DNA of 64,000 nt, from the IMG/VR virus record IMGVR_UViG_3300030098_005028, positions 32,001 through 96,000 of that record. One strand, written 5' to 3'. The notes beneath the pieces are model-generated. The model was not told where the DNA came from, ran no database searches, and saw nothing but the letters and a program-made list of their open reading frames with translations. The stretch's first letter is position 1, and each line of letters starts with the position of its first letter. The position numbers were made by a program, and so were the translations under genes. Source of the DNA: a virus. This document shows positions 1 to 10,308 of the stretch, one piece after another.

Positions 1-1
1 T

Positions 2-691
2 CAAAATACAGAGCCTATTGGGTCTGTAAGGGTTCTGGAAAGGGATCATGCAGCACAAGCAGGGTTTTTAGAAGGAAAAATGGGTTGGGTAGGAGACATC
101 TTGAGCCTCGGCTCCTTGGGAGTGAATCAAGGTGGAAAAACAGCAAATTTCCCTCCAAAGATGTGGAAAAAGTCAAATAATATAGTTATGAAATTTATGA
201 GACTCAATCCCAATGCTGTAGTTCCTGATAACGATAGAGACAAAATTATATCTGGTCGGTCAGCAGCTATGCCATTTAGAAGAGGCGGCATGGCTAGAAA
301 ATTCCAAAATGGAGGCTCTGTTGGATCGCAATCAGGTGGCCTTGGCGATATTGCTACGGCTTTAGGAGGAGCAGTCAACAGTCTTGGAGGATCGGTTGGG
401 CCATTCGCTCAGGCAGCAATAATGCTTGGTGCTTCTCTTAATAGGTTCGCAAATGCAAAACCTGTAATGAAGATACAAGCTGCACCAATTGATGTAAGAG
501 TAGGTTTAGACAGCGGGTTTGCAACTCTTGGAGAAAGTATTTCAACTACAATCCAAGGCGCAATACATGACTACATTTGGCAAGAAATAAATACGGCAGT
601 TGAACAGTTCAGAGGCCAATTAAACCAAGGGGAAATTCCAAATCAAGCCGGAGGCCCCGGTGGAATTTTAGTACCCGGAAGAAGAAGATAA
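2..691 (+). CDS. C-terminal part of a probable tail tape-measure-like structural protein (5' truncated)
   Basis: Frame is open from base 2. Gly/Ala-rich, with 'FRRGG/FQNGGSVG' motifs common near tape-measure C-termini; it precedes tail-like genes. Confidence 0.45.
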   Translation, partial: QNTEPIGSVRVLERDHAAQAGFLEGKMGWVGDILSLGSLGVNQGGKTANFPPKMWKKSNNIVMKFMRLNPNAVVPDNDRDKIISGRSAAMPFRRGGMARKFQNGGSVGSQSGGLGDIATALGGAVNSLGGSVGPFAQAAIMLGASLNRFANAKPVMKIQAAPIDVRVGLDSGFATLGESISTTIQGAIHDYIWQEINTAVEQFRGQLNQGEIPNQAGGPGGILVPGRRR

Positions 692-700
692 GTATAAGAG

Positions 701-1393
701 ATGGCTTTTATATCAGGGGTATTCCCCTTACATATTGGTGTAAATCCTAACACTATAGGTGTTAATCTCAATATACCTGACGTTAGTCCGTCTAGGGAGC
801 ATACGTTATATATACGGGCTGGAAATCCAAGTTTTGGAACTTTGCCTTTAAATCTTCTTTCTGCTGCTAATACTGGAGTAGCAGGTTTTGCGGATCTTAA
901 TACCGCTGGATTCAATACGCCTAGTGGAACATTAACACTTTATGTCTCTGCTCCTCTTTTGAGTGGAGTTGCTAATAATATTGCGCTATTTGCAAAGGCA
1001 ATACCTGCGACTGGCTATGGCGTACATTCAATTCCTCTTTATCTCCAGCAGAATATGTTCTCTGGAGTTAATTTATATACTAAAGGAGGATGGGATAGGG
1101 CAATAGGAGTCGCTATCACCGATAGAAGTTTTTATAAACCTGTAGAAGGAACTAGAATATTACATATCGAAAGAATACCAGCGCATAATTCAACAATAGA
1201 TTTGCATATTTCTGGCACTGGTTCTGCTGGTTCTATGGACTTAGCTCTTATTAATAATGAGAAATATCTGGCTCTTAATATGTCAGACATATCTCCAAGA
1301 CAGACTACTAACTTATATGTAAGTGGTGGATGGAATGGACAACCAAATGTTCCTAATATGAGCGGCTCATTGAACATGTACATTGACATTTAA
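701..1393 (+). CDS. Hypothetical virion structural protein with repeated 'LxL(Y/F)' beta-strand motifs
   Basis: 230 aa ORF in the + strand structural operon; Gly/Ser/Asn-rich. Confidence 0.5.
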   Translation: MAFISGVFPLHIGVNPNTIGVNLNIPDVSPSREHTLYIRAGNPSFGTLPLNLLSAANTGVAGFADLNTAGFNTPSGTLTLYVSAPLLSGVANNIALFAKAIPATGYGVHSIPLYLQQNMFSGVNLYTKGGWDRAIGVAITDRSFYKPVEGTRILHIERIPAHNSTIDLHISGTGSAGSMDLALINNEKYLALNMSDISPRQTTNLYVSGGWNGQPNVPNMSGSLNMYIDI

Positions 1394-1404
1394 AGGTAAA
1401 TAAT

Positions 1405-3648
1405 ATGCCTATTATATATAGATCAAAGAAAATTATACCTGCTCCATTAGTTGGTATTGGTGTGCAACACTTCAAGCCACAGGGTGTTGGTAGTAAGGGA
1501 TATGACAATCAAGGAGGAATCTTTAATACAAATTTTGTAGATAACCTTGGTGCTACATATACCATTACTCTTCAAGGAACACTTGTAGCAGATATGGGTT
1601 CTCCTAAGTCTTACTTTGAAGACGATGATGATGCTGCTACTCCTTTGCTGGACAAAGCTAATACAACAATAAATCCCAGCACGGAACAAGAATATATAGA
1701 TGCCCTATTTACTGATCGAGCAGAGGCAGCCGATCCTCAGTCTGAAGACCTGACTACTATATCAGGAAGAGACACGATAGACCCGATGTTTCAGTCTATT
1801 CTGCAAAAACAAGAGGCTATCAGGAAACTCTTTGGCGAAGACGGTCATCTTTTTGAGATAAGAACTTATGATGGAGTAAGACCTTTCAAATGTTATCCGC
1901 AAGTAGCAGGTATTGAGTTTTCAGATCCAACACCCGGAGACAACTGGGTTCAAATATGTAGATATACCATTACATTGGTAACAGACAAGATTATAGGTCT
2001 TACTAATGTCACTGAAGATGGTACTGATGATAGTCTTGTAGATGCAGATGGACAAAGAATTCATCTTGAAGCTGCTCAAGAAAACTGGAGTCTTGAACTA
2101 GGCGATGATTATGGCGTAACAGACGAAATTCAGGCTCAGTACTACACTGCTGAAGGCATAACCAGAGATAAAACACAAAATGACCATCGTATGGGCCTTA
2201 AAGTATATACCTTAACTCACACTTTAAGCGCGACAGGTAAAAAGGTATTTACAGATGATGAAAACAAATCTGGTCAACTGGCAGCCCCCGGAGAAAACAA
2301 ACTTCTTCCAAACAGTGCAGGTGCAGGAGCATATAGAAATGTATTCAAGCCAGTTACTGCTGGTCACGCATGGGAACAGGCTCGTCAGTGGGTTCAATCA
2401 AAATTAGTAGATAATGTTGAAGAATTATTAGATGACAACTCTTTCCTGTCCCAATTTAGACAAAGTATGTCTCATAGGCCGGGTGTTTTCACTGATCTGT
2501 TAGGAGCCAATTTTGATTACAATGCTTACGATCATGCGAGAACAGAAGAAAAGGATGAATTTGCAGGTACTTATGCCATAACTGAAACTTGGGTTATAGC
2601 ACTTCATGATTACACTGAAAGTTTTTCAATAGATGTATCAGAATCTGTAGATGATCCAATAAAGAAGGTAAGTATAAAGGGAAGTATCAGAGGTCTTGAT
2701 ACTCATGACAGAGGATGGAGTCATGATGTAAGACTACAAAAAACTGGGACAAAAGCAGGCTATCCCGATGAACAGCAAACTGGTTTTGGGCAGAGTTTTG
2801 GTTCTGACTGGGCTAGTCGTTCTTCCGGTCTTATGTCTCAAGCATTCTTAAAATCAAAATGGACTGCTGCTAGTGGTAGATTTGAGGAACTAAAGTATCT
2901 TGAAGGAAGTAGTCTTAATGCTATCTACCAAAGAGTAAAGCTGTATTCAAGAGTAAATGCATTAACTCCTCAAGTAAAATCTAAAACTTTTACAATAGAT
3001 CCTCCAAATGGCACAATTGAGTATACTTATAATTTTGATACTAAACCCGGCCCATGTTTATCGGGTGCTTTGAGAGACAACATAAGTTTTTCTTGGACTC
3101 ATCCAAAAGATCAATATGCCTCTATTCCTGTCATAGGAAGAAGAATAGGGCCTGTTTTACAGAATATAAATACTAAAGCAGACGCTAGTAAAGTTGCAGT
3201 AAATATTGAAGCAATTTTGCCGATTGCTACTGGTCAATGTATGGCTGGAAATTGTGAAAGTAACGGTTGGCCAAATTTCAGAAATCTCTTTGCTATTCCT
3301 ACCTTTAATACTGGCCCCGGAGCAGATACTAATTTGAATAAATCGGGAGATGGTCAGTGCAGAGGTGTTTCGAGAGATGCAGATAACATAGTAAATCAAC
3401 TAAGGGCTTTTCTAGTTAAGAATCAGGGAAATACTGTTTTCTTAGAGTCTGACAGTGAGGCTTGGGAACCATTCACAGGAAAGTTCTCCAGAAACGTAAC
3501 ATTTGTTTATCAAAGATGTGGAGCAGTTCCTGCTTCGGCAAGAAATACTCCAGATGGTGGAGGAAGAGACTGGGCAGGCGGTTCATACGATTGTTTTGAT
3601 AAAGACGATGACTGTGCAAATGTAGACGATTGTGCTTGTGAAGACTAG
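1405..3648 (+). CDS. Putative tail/baseplate-region structural protein with Cys/Asp-rich C-terminus
   Basis: 747 aa ORF, AAGGT upstream, no enzyme motifs, located downstream of the tape-measure-like gene. Confidence 0.55.
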   Translation: MPIIYRSKKIIPAPLVGIGVQHFKPQGVGSKGYDNQGGIFNTNFVDNLGATYTITLQGTLVADMGSPKSYFEDDDDAATPLLDKANTTINPSTEQEYIDALFTDRAEAADPQSEDLTTISGRDTIDPMFQSILQKQEAIRKLFGEDGHLFEIRTYDGVRPFKCYPQVAGIEFSDPTPGDNWVQICRYTITLVTDKIIGLTNVTEDGTDDSLVDADGQRIHLEAAQENWSLELGDDYGVTDEIQAQYYTAEGITRDKTQNDHRMGLKVYTLTHTLSATGKKVFTDDENKSGQLAAPGENKLLPNSAGAGAYRNVFKPVTAGHAWEQARQWVQSKLVDNVEELLDDNSFLSQFRQSMSHRPGVFTDLLGANFDYNAYDHARTEEKDEFAGTYAITETWVIALHDYTESFSIDVSESVDDPIKKVSIKGSIRGLDTHDRGWSHDVRLQKTGTKAGYPDEQQTGFGQSFGSDWASRSSGLMSQAFLKSKWTAASGRFEELKYLEGSSLNAIYQRVKLYSRVNALTPQVKSKTFTIDPPNGTIEYTYNFDTKPGPCLSGALRDNISFSWTHPKDQYASIPVIGRRIGPVLQNINTKADASKVAVNIEAILPIATGQCMAGNCESNGWPNFRNLFAIPTFNTGPGADTNLNKSGDGQCRGVSRDADNIVNQLRAFLVKNQGNTVFLESDSEAWEPFTGKFSRNVTFVYQRCGAVPASARNTPDGGGRDWAGGSYDCFDKDDDCANVDDCACED

Positions 3649-3676
3649 TGATAAGAGAGACTGAAAAGGATTAAAA

Positions 3677-6600
3677 ATGGGATTAAGACCTATACATCCG
3701 AGAGATGCTTTAGATGGAAGAGTAGACAGAGGCTGGATAGTCGATGGTGCTTGGAATCCTTTAGGCAGAGAAATAGACTCTAAAGTAGAGACACAAGGCG
3801 AGCAAGTGTCTGGCGTGACCATTGATACAGCAGGCACTGGCTATGCAATTGGTGACGTTGTAGATTTTAGCTCTTCTGGTACTACACGTTCTGCAAGTGC
3901 ATTTGTAAGCGATGTGGGAGAAAACGGAGAGATAACAGAAATCACAATAACTGATAAGGGTAGTTACAGTAAGGCCCCAACTGCAAGCGTCACAGGCTCC
4001 AGTGGAGAAGGAGGCACATTATCTGTAGATACTGAAAGATTAGCATTAGATACCAAGAAATCATTCTATAGTGCTGGACTTGTACGCCAAGAGCCTGTTT
4101 CCCAACCTCAAAACAGATCTAACTTTGATTATTGTGAACAAGCTGATGAAACAGCCGAGCATACTTTATTCTTGGGTGCTAGTATTTCTCAGTTCAGTTC
4201 TTCTGCTGGGTGGAACTCCTCTGTCAGTACACTAAATGTAACTCTTGTTGAAGACGATTGTTGTGTCTCTCCTATAGTAGATTCTGTTACTGGCGCGCCA
4301 ATTAGAGTAACTACTGCTTCTGGGGCAATAAATGTAGACTTAAATACCTTGAGTCTTGTTAGTTCTACATTTAGAGCGGAAGAAAAAACTGATGATGGTA
4401 ACAGGGTTACTGTGACTGACTCTGGTGGTGTCACCGTAACTGGTTATGTCGTAGATGGTCAACTATATCCAACAGTAAAAGTTTATTACAACAATATACA
4501 AGAGAAGATGCATTGGGTTGGAAAAGATAGGTTCAACCCTCCTCCTATTGGTAATCCAGTACACTTTAGATATCAAGATTTCATATTTAATGGAATCATA
4601 AAGAACTGGAGTCAAGAGAGAACAACAAGCGGCACAACTTATAAAGTAAAGATAGAAGACCCAAGAGAAGTCTTAAAAGGATGCCAGCTTATCTTAGATA
4701 ACTATGATGGCGGGGTGAAAGACTGTCCCAATCTAGTGAATCCTTATGGATTGTTAGAACATCATGGTGGACAGTGCATCGACCATGAACTATTTGGTCA
4801 AGTTTGTTTTCCGGGAATGTATTGTCCTAGTGGGGAATTTGAAGGAGATATAGATTGCGGAGTAGATTATGCAGGAAGAACAGAGAATACTGGGTTTGGC
4901 GGTTCCGGTATTAATTCAGGAGGAGTCACATTTTTCTATCTTTGGCTTGCGATAGACTATCTTTGTAATAATCCTTTGGAAACTAACTACTTTCCTCAGT
5001 TTGGAGGGCCTCCTGTTCTTAGGGAAGACCCGGACGGTAAGCCAATTGAATACTTAGTGGATTTGCTGGCTTTGACTGAGACTGAACTTTTCCAAGATTA
5101 TTATAGAGTGGGTGGAGACACTAGAAGCTTAGACGATCTTATTAACAGGGTATGTAATGATGCAGCTTTGCAATATCTTGTGACTATGAGGTTTGTAGAT
5201 TACTTTGAAGTAGATCCTGAAGACGATGGGAAAATATGGGGATGGCCAGATAAAAATTTATTCCCTCAAATTCAAGTCTGGACTTATGACATATTCACTC
5301 AGCCATCCGCTCCTATAAAGGTTGACGTATATGATCAGATAACTCATCCTCCAAAAGGATGTGCTGACGAAGACCTAGATCAAATAAAAACTATTGATGA
5401 TAGATTGGCCGAAGGAGATATAGCTACAATACTTGGCCCTGATCCTGAAGTAGAGTCTTTGAGTCGTGGCTTGGAGTTAAGGAATGAACCTTGTAATTAT
5501 TTTTTAGTTGGGGACAACTTCAATCCTGTCATACAATCTCCTCAGTATAGAACAGTTCCTTATTGGGGAAGCTTTGACCAGACCATATATGTAGACGGTG
5601 CGCCAAAACAAACAAGAATGACTGCCGCTCCTTATTTTTCTATGCAAGGTGGAGCAGGCTCTGTATATTGGCCCACCATAGGTGATTTAAGTATTTTTGA
5701 CGGGGTGATGCTTCCAGCAGATTCTTGGGGCATTCCCGGATTAAGTATGTGGTTTGCTACTGTTGGTGAAATTAGATCAGCTATGGCTGGATTTACTCAG
5801 TGGCAAACATGGCAATATTGGATTGGAGATGAAGCTAGACAGAAATCTATTTGTGGTTTCAATATGCCGATTGGTTATAGAAATGCTGCTCAGGTAGAAG
5901 CATGGAGGGTCGGATTCTTCCATCAATTTCCTTGGGGGCCATTTGGTCTATCTAGAGCAATGCATTCTATTAACACAGGAAGCGCCGTTATGTCGGCTGT
6001 TGGTGGTTATCTCGCAGACATACGTGCCAATCCGCAATACGCACAGATGGTATTTGAGCAAATACAAAACTTAGGAAATGAAAATTATGGTAAAAAATGG
6101 CTCATTCGTCTTCCTGACATGTGTCTTACAGGAGAGCCAGAGACTCTTCATGTAAGAATGAATTGGGAGGTCATGAGTACGGGCTGGCAAGACGACATGT
6201 GTATTGGTCTTTCTGAACCAGAACTCATGTTTTTTAGAGACGAGCAGAACAAGCTTGAATCATTTGCTAGATTTAGCGAGATGCAAGCCATGCCAGATGG
6301 TTTTCCTGTAGGCTCTAGACGTGTTTTCAATCATGATTTTCAGCCGGGAGATTATCTGTATGATAGTCTCACTCAACAACTTTGGTGTAGAGGAAGGGTT
6401 GATGCTGAACCAATCTATAATATGGAGCTTGGTCTTTGGTACGCATTATTTGAACTAGATTCAAGTGTTAGAAATGTCAGTATGGGGGTTTATTCCTTCT
6501 TAGACCATGTCTTCTTGAATCAAGCTATGTATCTTGGTAATCTTGATGCAACAGCAAAGCATCTTAGCTTTGCAATGCCTAATCCAGCTATCAAGCCTTT

Positions 6601-8581
6601 GGAAGTAGCCGTACCCGTAAAGAGCAACAAAATTTCATATGGGCCTTGGTACAGTCAACCATTTGTTAATGGTAAAACCAGATACGAAAGAGATACAAAT
6701 TTCAACCCTTGGAACTACAATGATTGTGATGTAATGGTTCGTGCGGGTGACATTAAGGTAGCAACTGCCGTTACCCAATTACAAGTTGATGAATTTGGAA
6801 GTACTTCTATTCCCGGCCCACCAAGATTAAACTTAGGTGATCGTGCTGGTGTCATAGCAAGCCTACAACAAAATGGCCCAGTTGTAACTAATATCTCTTT
6901 TAATGTATCTAACTCTGGAATAAAAACCTCATATTCATTTAAAACATACAGTCCTTCATGGGCAGGTATGGCAAAGCAATTTTTGGATGCACTCCAAAGA
7001 AGAGCAGAAGGTCAACAAAAATTAGCATCTCAATTTAGGTTTGAGATGAAGAGGGCGCTCAAAAAATTTGGACAATATATTCGTCCTGCTAATTGGGGCA
7101 AGTGGGGGATGAATCCTCAAGGAGTCGTTTTCGATCCCGGATCTCCTCATACACTGCTGATGGGATTCATTAAAAATAGTGGTGCGGGTGATGCTTTACC
7201 TTTAACTTCTGACGCTTGGTTTGTTGATACCGCCTCTGCCATGTTCAATGTTGGAAATCAAAGTCTTTATCCAAATCTTGCTGGATTTTCATTAGAAGGG
7301 ATGTGGAGAGCAGCAGGTACCTCAGATGCAACTGGTGGCAGTTTTCCTAAGATGGAAGACACGCAGGCTGAGTTTCGAGGTAGTGCTGGACTAAAGTTTA
7401 AGAGTAGCGATCCATGTCCTAAATACTTCTCAAAAGCCCCTTCTCCTCCTGTTAGAGGCGAAGACCATCATGCGATTACAAGTAAAACTTTGAATCCATT
7501 TATAGACAACCCACTAGCTTTAAGAGAGCCTTATGAACTAGCCGACAATGGTCTTGGCCATGATATTTCGTATATTATTCGTGGAGAAGCACAACCTCAG
7601 AATCTTTCTGTTTTTATCCAGCCTACAGATGCTATGGGTGGTTGGAACGGAACGGCTCATACAACAGGAGATTACTCAGACAATAATTACAGAATAATGG
7701 CACTTCGTGGCCCAATGGTGCTTGCTGGATGGGGTTTTGATACTTATGGAAAACCTGTTCCTTCAGATGATGGGTGCAAATTTATTGACAATTGGTTGAG
7801 AAAACCTGACAAATGGAAAGTTGGGCCAGTTGATCTTAGATGGGATGATGACAGGAAAGTATGGACATCTCCTCCTAGTTTCCAAATGATGTATGGTGTT
7901 ATTGATGGTGGTGAAGGTGGTGACTGTAAGTGTTTTATCCTTCCTCCTTCCGAAGACTCGTCATGTAAAGTACGGCTTTCCAACCCTGCACCCGATGATA
8001 AAAGAGTAGACAAGGATTGTAATGAGGCAGAAGACAGTGGTTGTGGTGCTGACGTGAACAATAAGATGATAGTTGCATACAACGCAACTAATAAGCCTAT
8101 TACTAACGATTCACAAGTAGTAGTATATTTTGATCCTGCAAATTTAAGATACTATATCATTAGCGCACCAGAACCTATATTCTCAGCAAGCATAACCGAA
8201 GATGGTGTAGATGGTAAGAGTTGTGGAACCATCCCCGGTTCTTATAAAACCGAGGGTTTAGTAAAAATTGGAGGGCAAGAGTCTGTTGGGAATTGTGAAA
8301 TTAACATGATGAATGACTTGGATCAACCTCTTTGTAATGGAACAACTTGCTATGTTTGGTTAGAAGACGAATCGACTTGCCGTATTCTTCAGGCACAATT
8401 TAAACCACTCGACGTTGTCACTTGTGTTGACTGTTACGATTACAATGGTGTTCCAACATTAGAGATATGTGACAGAAGAATTTATCTTGAATCAGCATGG
8501 TGTCAACAAGATTGTGATAATGATGATCCAACGGCGGCGGGTGACACTTGTGGATATGATGGAGGCTTGTTCGATTGTTAA
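3677..8581 (+). CDS. Large putative tail/baseplate hub-like structural protein, Cys-rich C-terminus
   Basis: 1634 aa ORF, AAGGA upstream. N-terminal 'GTGY...I.EITI...G.Y..AP' module typical of phage structural proteins; hub function is inferred from size and position. Confidence 0.55.
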   Translation: MGLRPIHPRDALDGRVDRGWIVDGAWNPLGREIDSKVETQGEQVSGVTIDTAGTGYAIGDVVDFSSSGTTRSASAFVSDVGENGEITEITITDKGSYSKAPTASVTGSSGEGGTLSVDTERLALDTKKSFYSAGLVRQEPVSQPQNRSNFDYCEQADETAEHTLFLGASISQFSSSAGWNSSVSTLNVTLVEDDCCVSPIVDSVTGAPIRVTTASGAINVDLNTLSLVSSTFRAEEKTDDGNRVTVTDSGGVTVTGYVVDGQLYPTVKVYYNNIQEKMHWVGKDRFNPPPIGNPVHFRYQDFIFNGIIKNWSQERTTSGTTYKVKIEDPREVLKGCQLILDNYDGGVKDCPNLVNPYGLLEHHGGQCIDHELFGQVCFPGMYCPSGEFEGDIDCGVDYAGRTENTGFGGSGINSGGVTFFYLWLAIDYLCNNPLETNYFPQFGGPPVLREDPDGKPIEYLVDLLALTETELFQDYYRVGGDTRSLDDLINRVCNDAALQYLVTMRFVDYFEVDPEDDGKIWGWPDKNLFPQIQVWTYDIFTQPSAPIKVDVYDQITHPPKGCADEDLDQIKTIDDRLAEGDIATILGPDPEVESLSRGLELRNEPCNYFLVGDNFNPVIQSPQYRTVPYWGSFDQTIYVDGAPKQTRMTAAPYFSMQGGAGSVYWPTIGDLSIFDGVMLPADSWGIPGLSMWFATVGEIRSAMAGFTQWQTWQYWIGDEARQKSICGFNMPIGYRNAAQVEAWRVGFFHQFPWGPFGLSRAMHSINTGSAVMSAVGGYLADIRANPQYAQMVFEQIQNLGNENYGKKWLIRLPDMCLTGEPETLHVRMNWEVMSTGWQDDMCIGLSEPELMFFRDEQNKLESFARFSEMQAMPDGFPVGSRRVFNHDFQPGDYLYDSLTQQLWCRGRVDAEPIYNMELGLWYALFELDSSVRNVSMGVYSFLDHVFLNQAMYLGNLDATAKHLSFAMPNPAIKPLEVAVPVKSNKISYGPWYSQPFVNGKTRYERDTNFNPWNYNDCDVMVRAGDIKVATAVTQLQVDEFGSTSIPGPPRLNLGDRAGVIASLQQNGPVVTNISFNVSNSGIKTSYSFKTYSPSWAGMAKQFLDALQRRAEGQQKLASQFRFEMKRALKKFGQYIRPANWGKWGMNPQGVVFDPGSPHTLLMGFIKNSGAGDALPLTSDAWFVDTASAMFNVGNQSLYPNLAGFSLEGMWRAAGTSDATGGSFPKMEDTQAEFRGSAGLKFKSSDPCPKYFSKAPSPPVRGEDHHAITSKTLNPFIDNPLALREPYELADNGLGHDISYIIRGEAQPQNLSVFIQPTDAMGGWNGTAHTTGDYSDNNYRIMALRGPMVLAGWGFDTYGKPVPSDDGCKFIDNWLRKPDKWKVGPVDLRWDDDRKVWTSPPSFQMMYGVIDGGEGGDCKCFILPPSEDSSCKVRLSNPAPDDKRVDKDCNEAEDSGCGADVNNKMIVAYNATNKPITNDSQVVVYFDPANLRYYIISAPEPIFSASITEDGVDGKSCGTIPGSYKTEGLVKIGGQESVGNCEINMMNDLDQPLCNGTTCYVWLEDESTCRILQAQFKPLDVVTCVDCYDYNGVPTLEICDRRIYLESAWCQQDCDNDDPTAAGDTCGYDGGLFDC

Positions 8582-8582
8582 T

Positions 8583-9365
8583 ATGGGAAAAAGAATAACA
8601 GGCCCTACAAAAGTTATTGCAACTCCAAAAGACAGGCCTTCTAAAGTTATATTAGGAAATAAGATAAAAAAATGGGCGGTTGGAATTACCATAGCTCCAA
8701 GAAAAGAACAAACATATAATACAACTATTGATAGTTTCTTATCTTCTGGATGGGAAGAAATACATCTTTTTTGCGAACCAGATGTCATCGTCTCAGAAAA
8801 ACATTCTTGTCTTCCAATTACTAGAAGATCAAAAAGACACGGTGCTTGGTCTAACTGGTTTACTAGTTTGAAAGATTTGATTAATATATATCCAGATGCA
8901 GATTGCTACGGTTTAATACAAGATGATGTAGTTTTCTGTAAAGGTCTTAGAGTTTTTATGGAAGAAACTTTATGGCCTTCCGAAGACTGTGGACTATGTT
9001 CAGTTTTTGTCCCAAGTCATTACACAAGAAATGCTCCGGGTTGGTATAGGACTAATAAAGGATTCAGATTATGGATGGCACAAACATTCTTTTTTAGGCC
9101 AGAATCAGCTAGAAGTTGCATTGACTATGACTTTTGTAAAAACTGGAATAAAGAAAAACAAATTGACAATGTAGTTGGAAGATGGGCAAATGAGACAAAA
9201 CAATACCCTTATTATTTTTCTCCTTCTTTATCACAACACATAGGAGACACTTCAACCATTTGGAGTGAAGGAAACAGGGCAGCAGGAAAAAGAGCAGCGT
9301 CTGATTTCGTTGGCGAAGATTATAATTTACAGGAAAAGATGAGACTAAAAAATGCCGGGATATAA
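8583..9365 (+). CDS. Glycosyltransferase (GT-A fold) within the structural operon
   Basis: 'YGLIQDDVVF' DxD-like motif and 'PSLSQHIG..S' C-terminal motif. ATG 8583 lies just after the previous stop (ORF track starts at 8469). Confidence 0.65.
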   Translation: MGKRITGPTKVIATPKDRPSKVILGNKIKKWAVGITIAPRKEQTYNTTIDSFLSSGWEEIHLFCEPDVIVSEKHSCLPITRRSKRHGAWSNWFTSLKDLINIYPDADCYGLIQDDVVFCKGLRVFMEETLWPSEDCGLCSVFVPSHYTRNAPGWYRTNKGFRLWMAQTFFFRPESARSCIDYDFCKNWNKEKQIDNVVGRWANETKQYPYYFSPSLSQHIGDTSTIWSEGNRAAGKRAASDFVGEDYNLQEKMRLKNAGI

Positions 9366-10308
9366 AAGATATGGATGCCCATGTTGCAGGCCTAGCTCTA
9401 GCTCTGCCTCTAGTAGCAGTTTGTCCTCAACAGAAGATTCATCAGAATCTAGCTTCTCATCCTCATCCTCTGCCTCAACTCAATGTTGTGATTTACTCTC
9501 AACAGAACTTTATGCTAACATTCAGGTTCAACTCTATCCAAATGCCGTTGCTTGCATAAGACCTCCAAATAGAGGTGTTAGATGTTTTGTTTTTAAGTTG
9601 AGCGAAATAACACAAGCGGAGTATGAAAGCATAACTGGGTATCAAGATTGCTGTGGATCTGCCACATTTAATTATAAAAGAATTTGGCATGGAACTTTTG
9701 TTGGAAGCACAAGCCCCGTAGATGATCAGACATCTACATGTCTTGAATGTAATGATGGCTTAGGAATGATTGACAGTCATCAGAAGTGTTTGTTTGCTGG
9801 CGGTCTGGTATATACTTGTTGTTGCAATAATACGACAGATGTAGTGACTGGTGCATGTGATTCAGGAGCATTTCAGCATCTGGAGGTAATACCGGCTGCA
9901 ACCCCTATCATTTCCGGTAGCACAGCCAATTGTTGTTTTGCCACGAATGAGCAATTCTGTTCTGATCAAATATGTTTCATTGGCCCTAATTGTGGTACTG
10001 GTGGACATTGTGGAAGTAGTAATATGTTTGAGTGTTATATCGACAATGACTGCTGCGGAGGCGTTGCTGGATGTAATTGCAACGGAATGTTAGGAACCTC
10101 TTGTGTTAGGGTTGGCATTTGGACAGACAGGCCAGTCTCGGCAGCGCCAGCCTTGGCCGCTCAATGTGACGATGATACTGGGCAATGTGGTTGTTCAGGT
10201 AATGATGGCGGTGGTGGTGGAGCAGGCGCTCCTATTGCCGCCTCTGCAATTGACGCAAGAACAGGCAGACCTTTAATAGATATATTTAAGGAGATGGGGT
10301 ATGTCTGA
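9352..10308 (+). CDS. Cysteine-rich protein with N-terminal poly-Ser tract, probably virion-associated
   Basis: 318 aa, 31 Cys by manual count; 20 Ser in aa 15-43; overlaps both neighbours. Confidence 0.7.
   Translation: MPGYKRYGCPCCRPSSSSASSSSLSSTEDSSESSFSSSSSASTQCCDLLSTELYANIQVQLYPNAVACIRPPNRGVRCFVFKLSEITQAEYESITGYQDCCGSATFNYKRIWHGTFVGSTSPVDDQTSTCLECNDGLGMIDSHQKCLFAGGLVYTCCCNNTTDVVTGACDSGAFQHLEVIPAATPIISGSTANCCFATNEQFCSDQICFIGPNCGTGGHCGSSNMFECYIDNDCCGGVAGCNCNGMLGTSCVRVGIWTDRPVSAAPALAAQCDDDTGQCGCSGNDGGGGGAGAPIAASAIDARTGRPLIDIFKEMGYV

Noticed and set aside
9394-9480. Poly-Ser tract as a microsatellite or phase-variation locus
   Set aside because: Codons are heterogeneous, with no perfect tandem unit.
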